Shown here in pieces: positions 26,048-40,669 of a DNA stretch of 64,000 nucleotides. Made by a program: the position numbers and the translations under genes. The notes below the pieces were generated by a model. The model made no database searches. It had not been told where the DNA came from and saw only the letters and a program-made list of their open reading frames with translations. The DNA lies in contig JASVEC010000003.1 of the NCBI GenBank assembly GCA_030770535.1, positions 372,001 through 436,000 on the forward strand, read 5' to 3'. The stretch comes from Batkoa obscura. Taxonomy: Eukaryota. Positions within the stretch are counted from its first letter, which is position 1, and each line of letters begins with the position of its first letter.

Positions 26048-29000
26048 TCAAATCTTGAATTTCAAAGTAACAATTTGGAATGGTTTAAATGAAAGTTTCA
26101 ATGCTTTAGAATTATTTGGGCCATTAATTGGAGTTAAAGCTTGTACATCATCTTCCAAGATATTCGAAAGGTAAGCTGCCGAAATTGGGAAATTAATACT
26201 AAGTATTGGATTACAATGAGCACCTGAAGATTCGTACAAACGAATAATAATGGAGTTGTTATTATCTTCACTTATTTTGATTGTTTCTAAAATAACACTA
26301 TCAATGACATCTTCTTGACTTGGGTTAAGTTGAAACAATTGTGGACTATCAGCAATTGAAGCTTCTAACTCAATTGATTGTAATTTTAATGGAGAATTAA
26401 AAGCATGAGCTAATTTTGGTACATTGGCATCAGCAAAAGAGCCGACATGAGGATATAAACTAAATCTAAACTTATGCTTACCAATATCACAATTTGGATC
26501 AGGTGATTTTGGACTACGTAATAAAGATAATCTCATTGTTGAACCGTGAGTTGCAAACCCATATTTACTATCATTAATAACTGATAATCCATAACCGGTT
26601 TCTTGTAATGTAGCAAATTTATGTGAACATACTTCAAATTTAGCTAACTCCCAACTAGTATTAAAATTAGTTGGTCGACGTATAACACCAAATTGAGTTT
26701 CATAAATAGCATGATCTGATCTTAAATTGGTATTAAATTCTACCTTTAGGAATTTACGATTTTCATCCCAATCTACTTCATTTTCAATTTCTACCATTTT
26801 AGAAGTAGCATTTAATTTAATTATTTGTTTCATTTTAGAAGTCTCCGTTAACTTATATTCAGCTAAAATAGAAACAACTAATGGACCTTGTTCATAAATA
26901 GTTACATTATGGGCTTTACAAATTTCAAATTTTTCTAAATGATAAACTTCAACATCCCAAGCATCCCAAAATAAAGGTACATCATCATAGATTTTAAAAA
27001 TATTTCCAAACTTGCCTTCTTCCATTAATTCCCTATTACGTGAGCGATCGTATAAACTTACAATTCTACCTGTAGCATCAATAGTTACAGCAATATAATT
27101 GTTTCTTAATGAATATGCACCAGTATCTGGTGAAATGCTTAAATTGACTCCAAATTCATTAATTTGCTCAATTGTATGTAAATTAGCATTAGATAATGAT
27201 AAAGGTTTAGCTTCATTTACAATAGTATAACAATGTCTCATATCTTTTGATAATTGCATACCTCTTTTAACTAAACTTAAATTACCAACTGGAATACTAA
27301 CAACTTCCGAACGAGGCCATGAAGATGGATTAAATATTTTATATTCAGAAGTATTTGAAGTAATTGAATTATTAGATAAAATCTTATTAGCTTCATTAAT
27401 AAGTTCATTTCCTTTCTTTTCAATTTCTTGATAAAATTTGATAGCATCATCATAAACCATAGCAATTGAAGAACCAGGTAGCACATCATGGAATTGATTT
27501 AAACAAACCAGTTTCCAAAGATGAGTAATTCTATCTCTTGGATAAGTAGCATTCTTTTTAACTCTTGCTAATGTCCATAATAATTCGACATCTCTTAATA
27601 AAAATTCAGAAGATCTATTATATTTTTTAATAATAGCATGAGAAGTGTAAGTACCACGATGTAATTCTAAATAAAGTTCACCATCCCATTCAGGTAAATC
27701 ATCAATTTCTTTTAATTGAGAAATTTCATCATAAAATTCTAAGGCACTTCCCATTTTCACTTTAGGTAAGCCTTCGACATCTTTAACTCGATTTAATCTT
27801 TCAATCATTGAAGGTAATGGACCACCTCCACCATCCCCGTTACCATATAAGAATAAACCTTGATTGACAATCATTTTATCTTTGTTATTAGATTCAGAAA
27901 ATAAAATTTCATCGACATTACATTGAGCAGAATAAGTTTCACCAGGTGCCATATGAGCTAATACTCTAGTACCATCAATACCTTTCCAAAAGAAAGTAGT
28001 ATGTGGGAATTTATCAATATTATTCCAACTTAATTTTTGAGTAAAAAAATAATCTAATTTAGCTTCCTTAATAATTTGAGGTAATTGGGCAGAATAGCCA
28101 AAAGTATCAGGTAACCAAAAGACTCTAGATCTTTTACCAAAATTTTGTTCATAAAATCGTTGACCTAATAAAAATTGACGACAAAAAGATTCTCCAGATG
28201 GCATATTACAATCCATTTCAACCCAAGTACCACCAATTGGTAAGAATTGCTTTTTGGCTGCTTTATCTTGTACTCTTTTAAATAAAGTTGGATAATATTG
28301 TTTTAGCCATTCAAATTGTTGAGCTTGTGAACAAACGAAAGTAAAATCTGGGTTTTTATCCATTAATTGAATTTGAGTTGACCATGATCTAGCTACTTTA
28401 CGTTTGGTTTCATCATAAGGCCAAAGCCAAGCTGTATCAATATGACAATGGCCAACTGCAACTAAAGTATGATTTTTAGGTGGTCCTTTATAACTTAGAA
28501 ATTGTTTGGAGACTTCAAGGCATTTTTTTAAGCTATCTTCAGTATTACCACCCCTTTGATATAAATTGACTATTTTATTGGCAACATATAAGGCCCTTTC
28601 ATTACGAGAGGATCTATCTGGAAGCTTCTTAGCCATATCTCTTATAATTTGAAAATCATAAAACAGATCAAAAGCCAATTTATTAGGTGAAGCTAATTCG
28701 GCCATTCTTACTGGATACTCTCTTTCTTCTGGTGGTCCAATTAAGTAAGGGCCAGTACCAAATAATCCATTACAAGCTACTTCTAAATAAAATTCATATA
28801 CTTCACCACCTTTACAGGATTCAGTTAACACATATTCAAGTCTTTGATTGCCGCCACCTTCCCCAGTTAAAGCTTGGATAGGCTCACCATCGATGGAATA
28901 AATTAATACTTCGGAATCTGAATTCCAGCGAAATTGAACTTCTAAATTAGTCCATTCTCTTGGTACTTGAGCTCTTACCTTTACCCAATGAGTAGACTAA

Positions 29001-29322
29001 ATAGTCAAAATATTAGTCAACAGAACAATAAAATAGGAATACTAAATTATCTTACCCAACTTGGACGAAAAGTATACCAAACATCAATATCTTCAAATTT
29101 ATTTTTAACAGCTTCCGAAAAGGGGATACGCTTTAGATCTGGTACAGCATAATGTTTTAATTGTATAAAGTTTCTACCAGATGCTTTTGCACGATATAAA
29201 GAGGGTATTAAACTTACATCGGTAAATTGATCCCCATCTTTTAGAAATAAATCTAAACGTGATTTTGTGATTCCATAATGCTTTTGCATTTTCCCTATCC
29301 CAACTTCATTTTGAGTTCCCAT
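26048..29322 (-). CDS. AMS1: Cytosolic/vacuolar alpha-mannosidase (GH38, MAN2C1/Ams1 type)
   Basis: GHCHIDTAWLWP, FWLPDTFGYS, ELYLELHRGTYTSH and NQFHDVLPGS; one intron near 28997-29055 (PSW|STHW). Confidence 0.97.
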
Positions 29323-29425
29323 GGTTCAAGATTTTTGATTTTTTTATTTCGTTGTTAAAGACTTAATGCTCCTTTTATACTTTTCTTTCAATGGTTTCAT
29401 TTATATTGACTAATCCAATTTGTTA

Positions 29426-29433
29426 TGACGTCA
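29426..29433. promoter_or_regulatory. CRE palindrome TGACGTCA upstream of alpha-mannosidase
   Basis: Exact palindrome about 100 nt 5' of the ATG, next to a CCAAT. ATF/CREB-type binding is inferred. Confidence 0.4.
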
Positions 29434-30769
29434 AACAAAAAGTAAATCAATTTTGATAAATTTGTAGAAATTTCGGGTTGAATTGGAATGTCAAATTCAA
29501 AACTAATCTATTTCATTTAAAAATTGAATTAATACTACTGTTTCAATTTTAATGTGGAATGGGCATTTTTGTTTTTGTACTTATCAAATAGAGAAATAGA
29601 AAAAATCACTATAATTCATTCACCACATACAAAATTAAAAATACACAATACACATTTAAATCAAAAAAGTAATGATTGACATTACTTTTACCAAATGACT
29701 TGATATCTTAAACCTGACCCACTACATATTATCATCAGGTCTTTCCTTATGTTATCCCTTAAAACTATTATATAGTTATACTGCTGAAGTTTTTTTATTG
29801 GTTTATTTGATATATTGTTAAATAACCCTAAACGTAGGACTTGGGAATTAGACTTTACATTTGCTTAATACAAAAATAGAAAAAATATTCATGATTGAAC
29901 TCAACAAATACGAAATTCAAGTGCCCATTTATACATTAGGATTATTTAGTAGCATCTATCTAAGTATTTAGTGGTTTTTCCCTATGAATGCTATATTAAT
30001 GTGACTCAAAAAGTAAATAAGTCGAGGTAAGTATAAAATCGATTTACTAAACAACTGTTGATTAAGAAAGATACACATCCTCAACAGATGTAGGACGTTT
30101 ATATTTTAGCGCTTTTAAAGGGATTGAAATTCCATTATTTTATACAAGAGAATTTTTATTTTTGTATAGAGGTTTTCTATACTTTAGGAATAGTTAAAGT
30201 TATCATACTTTGTGATATCAAAATAAAAGTATTAAAAAATAGGAAGAATTTCTATATATTTTTAATAATACTAGTTTGCTACAAGTTTAATGAAAATATT
30301 AGCAACCTAGTTAGATCATTGAAAGTCATCAGTAGTGAAATAATATTTCAAGATTTTTATAATTTAATATTAAAATAGCATTTGCTTTTTATGATTCCGC
30401 CCTTTTTAATTGGGTTTTTTAGAACGTGAGGAGAATTTTTTCTTTTCAGTATAATAACTGCCCTTTTATAATAAGGATAATAAATTTTCATTTAAAGGAT
30501 AGTAAAATTCATAGTTGCCATTATCACTTATTTTGATATGAGTTGTAAACTCAAGTCTCAACTTAATCGATTTAATCTTGTTTCTATTTGCTATAAAAAC
30601 TCAATATATTTGAGAAGTAGCCTCTGCTACCTTTAATAAATACTTATGATTTATATAATAGAGGTTTATAAAAGGATTATATATTTTAATGCTGTTATTT
30701 AAAGAATGTATGGTATCTTACTCCTTTACTGTTATTATTAAAAAAGGGATAAATTAAATAGTTAATGAT

Positions 30770-30872
30770 ATAGGGATATATTTTTATGTTTAAGAATTTT
30801 ACTACCAATTTTTTCACTCAAATAGTGCTCAAAAGATGGAAAAAGTGATCAAGCCAAAAAAAACATCCCCAC
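30770..30872 (+). mobile_element. MITE-like ~100-bp family, copy 3
   Basis: AGGGATATATTTTT...AAAAAAACATCCCC with the shared core. Confidence 0.85.
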
Positions 30873-31610
30873 ATGCTGATAACTTTATTTTTTTTAAATT
30901 TATTATAGTAAACAACAAAATATTATTTATATTATAAAATAAATGTTGGTTATCAAACTAATTTTAATGAAATACATTAAAAAATTTTAAAAAATTATTA
31001 CTACTGTATCTTATAATGTTAAAAGGTTATTAGGCTATTGTTTTAGTTTATAAAAAAATTATAAAGTAATAATAACTGAAAAATATAAGATATCATATAA
31101 TTTTTATACTTCTTATTACACAATCATTGTTCGCTTTAATTGTTATTAATGATGACTGTGTGCTTGTTTTATATTAAAATATTTTAACATTGTTTAAAAA
31201 ACTACATTTTGAACAAATTTATATAATTTTTAAATTCTATTCTTTTTTATTAAATTTTTTTTAAAGTTTATAATTATCAATTTACGGTCATAAGTAATAT
31301 AATATCTATTAGGTTAAATAGAAAGCTTATAAGCTTAATATAATTAAGTTGCTATTTGTGAAAGTAAAGATCTATTTATTTATAATTTTATTATTATCAA
31401 ACATAGAAACTATCAAGGTTATCATTATTCATGATCGAATTAATTAAACCATTAAATTTTGATCTGGGGTTCAATAGCTATTTTTTTAACAATTTGAATT
31501 ATGTATCGATTGTTTGATACTTTATTCTCTGATCATACATATGGTTTTTATGGTTTTATATATCATAGTTTTATATTAGTTTGTTTAGTTATAGCATCGA
31601 TCTTTAACCT

Positions 31611-31660
31611 CCACTATTTATTACCTCTTATTCCACTATTTATTACCTCTTATTCCACTT
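31611..31660. repeat. 22-bp tandem duplication (CCACTATTTATTACCTCTTATT x2+)
   Basis: Direct tandem repeat seen in the sequence. Confidence 0.85.
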
Positions 31661-32540
31661 TACTTATATCCGTTTTATAATATTTGATTTAAAAATACTA
31701 GTTTTATTTTTTAGCACTTTGAAATCTCGCATAAACTTAACTACTATCATCTAAAGGACAACTCAATTTAATATTGAGTTTGATTTTTAATGTGTTCATA
31801 TATCAATACTTTTGAAAAAAGTAGTAGATTCTTGATTATATTATTTTTGTATCTTTAAACTTACTTTGTAAGTACTTCTTTTTTAATCTTGCTGATTTCA
31901 TTATTTTTGTGTAACTTTTGAAATTATTTAATTCTTTTATTTGTTCAATTCATTTTTCTAATAAAAATATTGGGGTATTGAGTATGTACTTTATTATATA
32001 AAATATTAATAGCTTAGCTACAATATATTTTTGAAATATTCAATAAAAGAAACTGTAACTTGATATTGATTTATTGATAAACAAAAGAGAATTCTTGTCC
32101 GTATATCCTATAACTTTAGTAATAAATTAAAATCTATTGTTGATGACCTAATACTATTACAGTTATACAGGGATCTGTTATATTAATTCTAAAGTCAAAC
32201 ACTAAAAAGGCTTAGAATTCATTAACTGTAGAACTTTTTAACAAAAGAAGAATACAGAATATAATATATATTTCTCACAGCAGTTTCAAGAATTGAATGT
32301 CGTTATCTATGTAACGCCATTCTGCATAAGCGAAAAATTGTAAAAAAAAACAAAAAACAATGACCATTAGGCTCAAGAAGTTTATTAAGTAAAGTATAAA
32401 AAGCGAGGAGTTAGAAGTTTAAGGTAGGGTTATTGTAATATAGAGGGGCAAAGCATGGCTTTGAAAAAAGTCTTAGGTATTAAATAGTCACATAGATAAA
32501 GAAACAAAAATCAACATAGAAAATAGATGGAGCCATAGTG

Positions 32541-32741
32541 CTATTTGTTACTAATTTCAATCTTTTCTGCTTCTTCTGGATGTAACCCATTACGACGACG
32601 GTAAGCAAATTCGGGTATCACCATGTCGGGTGATGGTGGTTCGATGGGTAACCCTACACTTGACCCGATGCTTAATCCCTCTATCCCTTTGTTTACCATA
32701 TCTAAGCTGTTCAATGACTCTTGGCTAGGTTGGCTACGCAT
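32541..32741 (-). CDS. Putative 66-aa microprotein
   Basis: The ORF coincides with a sharp GC-enriched island in AT-rich intergenic DNA and has ordinary amino-acid usage. It contains PPSP and RRRNGLH. Confidence 0.65.
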   Translation of the reverse strand: MRSQPSQESLNSLDMVNKGIEGLSIGSSVGLPIEPPSPDMVIPEFAYRRRNGLHPEEAEKIEISNK

Positions 32742-34815
32742 TAGTTATTATTAATAAAGTACAATATTAAATATTAAGAATATAAATAAGAATCTTAAAT
32801 CTATTAAGAAGTTAAAGCGTATATAAATTGGAATTTAGGTGATATATATAATAGTTGGATGTTAGAGTTAAGTTATATGGGGTAAGTAGTTAGCTATTAA
32901 CAGTTAAATGAAGGATTGATATCTATTGATTGGTTTATTGAAATTAAATGTTATATTATTGGTAAATTAAAGAAGAGTTGATATAAGAATTGATTAAAGA
33001 AGAGGTAAATGATTGGGTAAAAAGAGGTATTGATTAAGTTTACCAATCAAGTAACTGAAATTTAAAAAATTATAAAAAGAAAACTTACTCACTCATTTCA
33101 ACTTTTAAACGGAAATTAAATCAACGTTAAACAAAGATTATAAGCTGAGAGAAAGAGATTCTTAATTTCCTGTATCAAAGTATAAAAAATTTCATAATTT
33201 CTAAGAATTTTGATCCTATTATGGTATATACGACTTTAATTGCACTCTAAATTTTAATTTGTTTTTATTTTGTTTGATTTGGCCACTCATTGGTTACATT
33301 AATATGGTATATGACCATGTGGCCCTTCGGAAAAATTGGCTCGTTTTAACAAACATTTTAGCATTTTTACTTGTGAAAAAGCTGAAATACAAAGTGTAAA
33401 AAGGCAACTTTTTCAACTCATTACATCACTAAACAACACTCTTCATAAGAAAGAATAAACTTAAATCCCTAATTGAGAAAACCTTCGCATTAATAGCCAA
33501 TTATAAACTTATTTAAGGAATACTTTAGAATAAATAGATGTTAAAGAATAACATTTTGCATCATCTTGCATTCAAATATTTAGCGATTTATAACAAGAAC
33601 TAATTAGAGAGGATGTTTAATATATCGAAAAATTTATTAATGAAACGATGCTACTTTTCCAAATAGATTGATTAAAGAGGACGTTTGTGTTGAGGGTTTA
33701 TACCCATAAAAAAAGGAGTCAACCTATTTTAAAACTGAAACATTAGCTAGCAATATTTATATTTTATATGCATGGCTTATTACAAAAAAAGCTAATTACA
33801 AAAGTAACGAGTGATGTGTTTTTTGGAACTTAAAAGTGCACTTTTGTTTTATGTGTAAAAAGTGTGATAAAATTAATTTAAATTTAAAATTTGAGTTTTA
33901 AAATTATTAAATTTTAGTTGTAAACTAAAAGCTTTAAATATCAAATAATATATTACAAAATAACTATAATAAATTATAGATGTTAAAATAGCTATGTTTT
34001 TCAAAAATAAACTAATATTTGAAATTTGATTTTATATAAAGAAAGTATTAGTTTGAAAAATTAAGGATATAAATTGTACGCTGGTTTTTTATAAAACTCA
34101 TAAACTTCAGAACAAATTCCCACAAATTTAAGCCTATTTATTTCAAAATAGTAATTTGTATAATAGACTTATTCAACGGATAGATAAGATATGCTCACCA
34201 CTTATTTTTATATTTCTTAAAGGTGATTTAAAGGATACTGATAAAGGCTCAATGTACTTGATCATCTTTAGCTCTTATCTTCCTTTTGATTTTGAGGTGT
34301 AAAAATTAGCAACTAAGTAAACCGCTCGTTCTTATAACGAAACCGTATATAACATGAATAAGTTTAAAAGTAGTAATTTTTTACTGTAAAAAAAGCGTAT
34401 AAAACCATCAGCGATTAGTACAATGGATTAACGGCAAACATTTACATTATCTATAAATAAGTTTTTAAAATGAGATTTAAAAGGTTAATAAATTTATTAA
34501 TTAATTAAATCGCTCATGTTATTGTATATCAAAGGATAAGAATAGGAATAGGAAGATATTACATAAATATATGAATTACATTAATCTAGATTTTAATAAT
34601 TCATACTTTTAATATACTATTAATAATCCTGAGAAGTTTTAATCTATTTATTCAGTTTAATGTTATCACTTTTTATATAGACCTAAATCCATGTTTGTTT
34701 AGTTTAGTATTTTAAAGATTTAAATAAATCCTATGATGTTATTAACTAAAAAGATCTTTTTGATGGATAGGGAGAAGTTTAAATATTGGCTAGCAAAAAT
34801 AGTCAAAGCTTTTGC

Positions 34816-34912
34816 ATAGGCGATGTCTTTTTTTAAGGATTTCTAGCATTTTTTCCTCTGAATAGTGCTTAAAAATGGAAAAAGTCATGAAATCAAAAAA
34901 GACGTTACCATA
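34816..34912 (+). mobile_element. MITE-like ~100-bp family, copy 4 (diverged)
   Basis: Shares the core AATAGTGCTTAAAAATGGAAAAAGTCATGAAATCAAAAAA. Confidence 0.75.
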
Positions 34913-36428
34913 GAGTTTTTTTAAAAAATGTGTATTTTTCAAAATACATAGTTTTCCAAAACTATTGGCAAACATTTACAAAGGAAACTCTAAATTATTT
35001 AAGTCCCTTGACAAAGCCTTTGATAGTAGAAAGTATTTTCGGTACAGGAGAGGCACAGTTCTAATAATTTTTTGTTTCTTTCCTTTTTAAAACCAAGCAA
35101 ACCTTTTAAACTATTTTTTAAATACACTTTTAGCACATTTTTTCCAAAAAAAAAATTGAACTGAAAATTTTTCTGATAATAATTTTCAACAAAAGTGGGC
35201 AAGATTAAAGATTCCCAGTACAATATTTTATATTTTACTCACTTTTGTTAAAAATTATTGTTAAGATTTTTCTGTACCAGTTTGTTCAAATATTTTTTCT
35301 GAAATAAGCATGATGTTAAAATTTTTTTTAAATAATGAAGCGTTTACTGCTATAATCTTTAAGGATTATAATGTTGTCTGTATACCATTTAAGATAGTTC
35401 TTTTAGAACCTATTAACTGCTTTTATAAAAGCAATTAACCTATTAAGCCCTTAAAGCAATTATTCCAACCAGTGTATATCTAATAATTATATAGTTAAAA
35501 TCATTATATAAGGATGGGTTAAAAAGCTCGTGGGCTTGACTTTTTATAATAAATGAAGTGTAATTTTTATACAAATATAATACAAATATAATACAAATAT
35601 ATACTTTAAATTGTTTACAAAGCTTTATATTAATTAAACAGGCCATTTTAAAATATAACTATTATTGATAAAAATTTCAAACAAATTTCAATTTTTGCCT
35701 CAACAAAAAATCGTCCCAACATACCATCTATGCTAACCTTCAATCATACCTTAATGATGAATAATCTGATTAATATTAAATTTGAGATATATACTATTTG
35801 TAGACTATACAGTAAATTAGGACAAAAAAATATACATACTGTAAGCCTTAACACTTCATAGTAGTTGATTATTTTATTTTGTTTATATCTCAAAAGATAG
35901 TGATTCAATTAATTTGAAACTTTATACAAGTATGAATAATAAACTGTATAACAGATTCACAAAAACAAAACTTATTTATTTTACTTAACAAGGTCCTTGG
36001 ATTTTTTGATCTCCCCTCATAGCGACTGTAATTGCCAAGTTGTCTATTGAGGATTTTTTAATGCTGCTCAAAGGCTGTCTTACTTTCGAAGTATGATTAA
36101 ACCTTAGTACTTTATTGGATATAAAAATGAAAAATATTTTATTTTATACATGTATTATTTCATATACGATGGATTTAAATGTAGAAAACATTAACAATTT
36201 AATTACCAGTTGCCGAAGAATTAGTGCTCAAAGTTGAATGTTCAAATCTTTGGGACTGTCTTTTAGGGTACTATACAATGTGATATAAATCTTGACTTAC
36301 ATTTAATAAATAATAAATACGTTACGACACAAAATAAACAACTATAAACATCATGTGTAACACAAAAGAAATCTAATATACTAAGTAAAACCTGCTTTAA
36401 TTAAAATCGTTTACTTTGAATTTCCATT

Positions 36429-37408
36429 CTACGCCGAAAACCTTTGCCTAGCATACTCTCCAGCGGCATTTCTAGCCACATCACTTGAAGCAGCTGAAGT
36501 AAAAGCTTCTCCTTTAGCATCAGAAAATGTATGACCTACCTCTTTACAATGGCTATGAACTCTAAAAAACAGTAAAGTATTAAATACAGCCAATCCAGCA
36601 AATAAGCTCATTGAAATAAATCCAAAAACTGCTGCAAATATTTTGCCATCTGATAAAATATAAATTGAATTTAATGCTCCACAAGAACCAGTTCCTGGTA
36701 TTCCTATAGCCATGTAAATAACGAATAATATATGGAAGGCATTGAAGATGAGATAGATGACTATTTATAGAGATTTAATTAAATTAGTCGAATATATAAA
36801 ATAACTCTAAAAGACTTACAAAAATACAAGGCTTTTTCTTTCATAAAAGCATTATAAATAGGCCTATACCATAAATAAAACGAAGGAAATGGGAATATTA
36901 AAAAATAGGATAATGCGGAAAAAAAGTTACTTGAAACCGAAGTCAAATTTTGTGGATTAGAAGCCCAAAATATAATTGAAGTTATAAAATTAAAAGTTAA
37001 TATTGCCAAGAATACCAACCATGATTGATATAACCGCGTGACTATCGGCCTCTTTGAAGTTTCTATTTCTTCATTGATATTGAAATAATAAATTGGATAA
37101 AAAAAAGGGAAATTTGGAGGCTTGATGCCACTTGTTCTAAGATGTTCCCTTTGGTTCTCAAGTTCTCTTTCTCGGGCTGCTAACTCAGCTTCTCGGTTTG
37201 CTAACTCTCTCTCCCTTTGACTTACTGTGCTATCGGTTAAATCGCGTCCCTCATGTTGACTTAACTGTATGCTTTCATATGGATTTAAATCTTCACTGGA
37301 TCTTAATGAAAAGTTTTGATCTGAATTTGAGTGGTCTTGGTTTGGATCTTTGAATGGATCTTCGGCATTATCTGCAAATGGATTTGAAAGATAGGGGTTG
37401 TTGCTCAT
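36429..37408 (-). CDS. SCAMP: Secretory carrier membrane protein
   Basis: N-terminal NPF/DPF motifs, coiled coil (RERELANREAELAARERE), PPNFP, E-peptide LWYRPIYNAF and four hydrophobic segments; one intron. Confidence 0.95.
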
Positions 37409-38141
37409 TTTTTATTAAAAAGTTAATTTTCGATTTTTTGATTTCTTGGTTTTTATGCCACTGAAACAAGGTTCATGATTTTTGTTTTATAGTGATTCAA
37501 CTCTACTGTGACTTTTTTTGGTGCTAGTTTTTATAATTAACTATTTATACAATCATTTTTTTAAAGCTTGGTCCTTATGTTTTATGAAATTTTAACATGA
37601 AATTTTATCGTAAATAAACAGTTAATCAGGTCATAAAAGAGTTGGAATAGCTGTATTAAGGAATTGTTTGGAAAAAGTAAATAAAAAAGAAACATTTATA
37701 TCTTTGTTATATTTAACTAATAACTTAATATTGTAAATTAATAAGCTTAAGATGTTGTATGATGGATATATTTTTTTAAGAACGTATAAATGAAATTGGC
37801 AAACTGTTTTTGTTCAGGAATTTGAAACTCAATCGAATACCATAATAAAATAATTACTTAAATTATATTTGATAATAGATAAATCCTTCTAAGTTACATA
37901 AAAGCTGATATGTCTCTATATTTCAATAAGAGTACATGAAAATCTACTAGTTTCTTCCTACTAAAGTTACTATTCAACTTAAATCGCATAAATAATTTGC
38001 ATTACATAAGGATATACAAAAATTAAAAATAATTTCAAATAAAACATAAAATAAGTGACAATTTAGAGCCCACATCTCATTTAACGACAAGAAAAAAGAT
38101 TTAAACAAATAATTTAATAATTTTTTTTAATTAAGTTTAGC

Positions 38142-38655
38142 TCAAACTCTTTCTTGAACCTTAGGTTCCCAACTTTCAAACTTAGACTTAGCTGTTGAGT
38201 AAGGCTTATATGCCTTTGGAGTACCTGTGACATTTTCTACATGTTTAGTAGTGACCCATTTATACATTGGTGTTGATTCTTGGTCTGGCTTAGGTACCGT
38301 TGAATTGGTAAAATGTAACCAATTACGCCTTAAATTTTGAAAAATGATATTAAAAAAATAGTAGCAAAAGAATAGTTATCTTACCATTTAGCAGGTACTT
38401 GACTAGGATCATAGTCATAAGCTGCGTATTCAACATGACGATGACGAGCTATTGAAATTAATTTTTACGAAATTTAAAGCTTAATATAAAGTTACCCCAA
38501 GTTTCGTCGTTATCCTCATAATATCTATTACCAAGGGCATCTTTACCAACATAAACGCCACCTTTAACATCTTTGATTACCCAAAGTTGATTAAATGTAC
38601 GTTTCAAATCCCAACTGGATTTGAATTTACGTACCCATTGTCCAAGTGATGCCAT
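38142..38655 (-). CDS. NDUFA12: Complex I accessory subunit B17.2
   Basis: VGKDALGNRYYE, then RHRHVEY, YDPSQVPAKW..WLHFT, TGTPKAYKPYSTAKSKFESWEP; two introns. Confidence 0.93.
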
Positions 38656-38854
38656 TTTATCTTATATTGATTTAAAATCTAATCTACTAATTGAAATCTT
38701 AAAAATCGAAATATTTAAATTAAAAATGTGGTTTTATTGGTCAATTAAAAACAGTAAAAAGACAAAAATTTTGCCCAAATTATTGATATTTTGATGATGA
38801 TTTTTAAGGTTCGAAACGTTAAAATTTAAAAGTTTATTCTAATTTTAATAAAAA

Positions 38855-39557
38855 ATGTCATATAACAATAGCAACAACCCACAACTACAACAATGGTTTC
38901 AATCTGTAGATACAGATCGATCGGGACAAATATGCGCTGAAGAATTGCAAAGAGCATTGGTGAATGGTATTATAATAAATAAAATAAAAGAAGAGTTATT
39001 AATCTAAAAAATAAAGGTGATTGGACCCCATTTGACATTGAAACTATCAAGTTAATGATTGATATGTTTGATCAAGACCAAAGTGGTACTATAGGCTTTA
39101 ATGAGTTTACATCTTTATGGCAGTATATCGGTCAATGGCAACAATGTTTCCGTAGTTTTGATAAGGATAATTCAAACACTATTGACATTCAAGAACTTAC
39201 CACTGCTCTTCGTACTTTTGGTTTTAACTTATCGGATAGGATTATTAGAATTTGTCTTAAAAAATTTAACAAACATGGTAATTTTTTGCTCTCTGTATTA
39301 TTATTATGTAATTCAAATAGTAAGTAAAGCCCAAAGAAAAAATATGGATCCTAATGTAGCTACCTTTGATACTTTTATAAGACTTTGCGTTACCCTAAGA
39401 ATGTTGACTGATTCCTTCCGTAGATTCGACAATGATAATGATGGTGTTATTCAAATTGGATATGAGAATGTAAGTTTAAAAATTATTATTAATTATTATG
39501 TAATTAACTTAATTGAATTCCATTTAGTTTTTGGATTTATTTGTTAATGGTAAATAA
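38855..39557 (+). CDS. PEF1: Penta-EF-hand Ca2+-binding protein (ALG-2/peflin family)
   Basis: FQSVDTDRSGQI, ELQRALVNGDW, MFDQDQSGTIGFNEF, FDKDNSNTID and FDNDNDGVI; three introns. Confidence 0.93.
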
Positions 39558-40669
39558 ATTTAAAATATTATAATTGTTTAATTATTGTTATACTCAACTA
39601 TGTCTAATTATATGTCTATTTTTATTTTTACAATATAAAAGTGTAACCAGTATGATGATAGTAATATACTAATAGTATAGATTTCAAAAATGTGGCTTTT
39701 ATGTTCTTACTTATAGATTAAAGTACATGGCTCAAATGATATAGCGTTTACCGTGTTTTTTTACTGTTATTTTTTTATTACCATATTTAAATGACTATAA
39801 TTTATTTAGGCAATATATTGAATAATTCTATGATGTTATTCCAGATTCACTAATATCCTTTATATATATAATTTTTAACTAATTATGTGTCCATGTTAGC
39901 TTACTTCCTTTATAATATAAACTTAAAATCGTATAATGACATTTTAATTAGTTGAATTAATAAATTAAAGTAATAAATTAAAAGCAGTAATGAATAGTAA
40001 ATTAATATGATTTGTTTAAAGTTCATTAAAAAAACCAATTGATTTATTATCAGCTTGATATAATTTTAATATAAAAATATTATAGTCGTATTTTTTATAT
40101 TTTAAACTATACAGGTTTGCCAATCCATTATTGTTATTTATATATTTAGCTAAATTTTAATTACTAAATTAAATCATTCAACATATAAATAAATGTGAAG
40201 TGCTTAATTAAACAATAATGTAACTATTATTAAATAACATCTACTTTATATTAAATTCTATTAGCTATTTATTTTTATAACTATTTATTATTAACCCATT
40301 TTTTATATATTACTTATATTGATTTAGCTTATTTAAGGAGCGTTGTTCTACATTTAGTTAACTCAGGTGAAATACTCCCAAAAAATTAAATCATAACTTA
40401 TCACATCGATCTACCATAAAAAATAAAAGCCTGCAAATAAAACCAAATTTGATAAAAAAGGCAAAACGAATGAAGCATTCTTAAGCAACCAATCAAACCT
40501 TTTAAAGTTGACTTGGAATGGCAATGAGAACTGGAATCTACCAATCAATATGGAATTATTCTTCCGAGCCATTTCACCCTTTAAAACCAAAATCTATGGC
40601 TAGCTCAATGTTAGGCTTTAGCATAAAACAACTAGCTAACAATTCTTTGATCTCTTTTGTTAAAATATC

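Noticed and set aside
30124..35646. Intergenic ORFs at 30124, 34790, 34999 and 35443
   Set aside because: F/I/K/L/Y-dominated translations typical of AT-rich non-coding DNA; 34790 overlaps a MITE copy.
38808..38818. B-box-like GGTTCGAAAC between NDUFA12 and PEF1
   Set aside because: An isolated motif in a short bidirectional promoter, with no tRNA structure.
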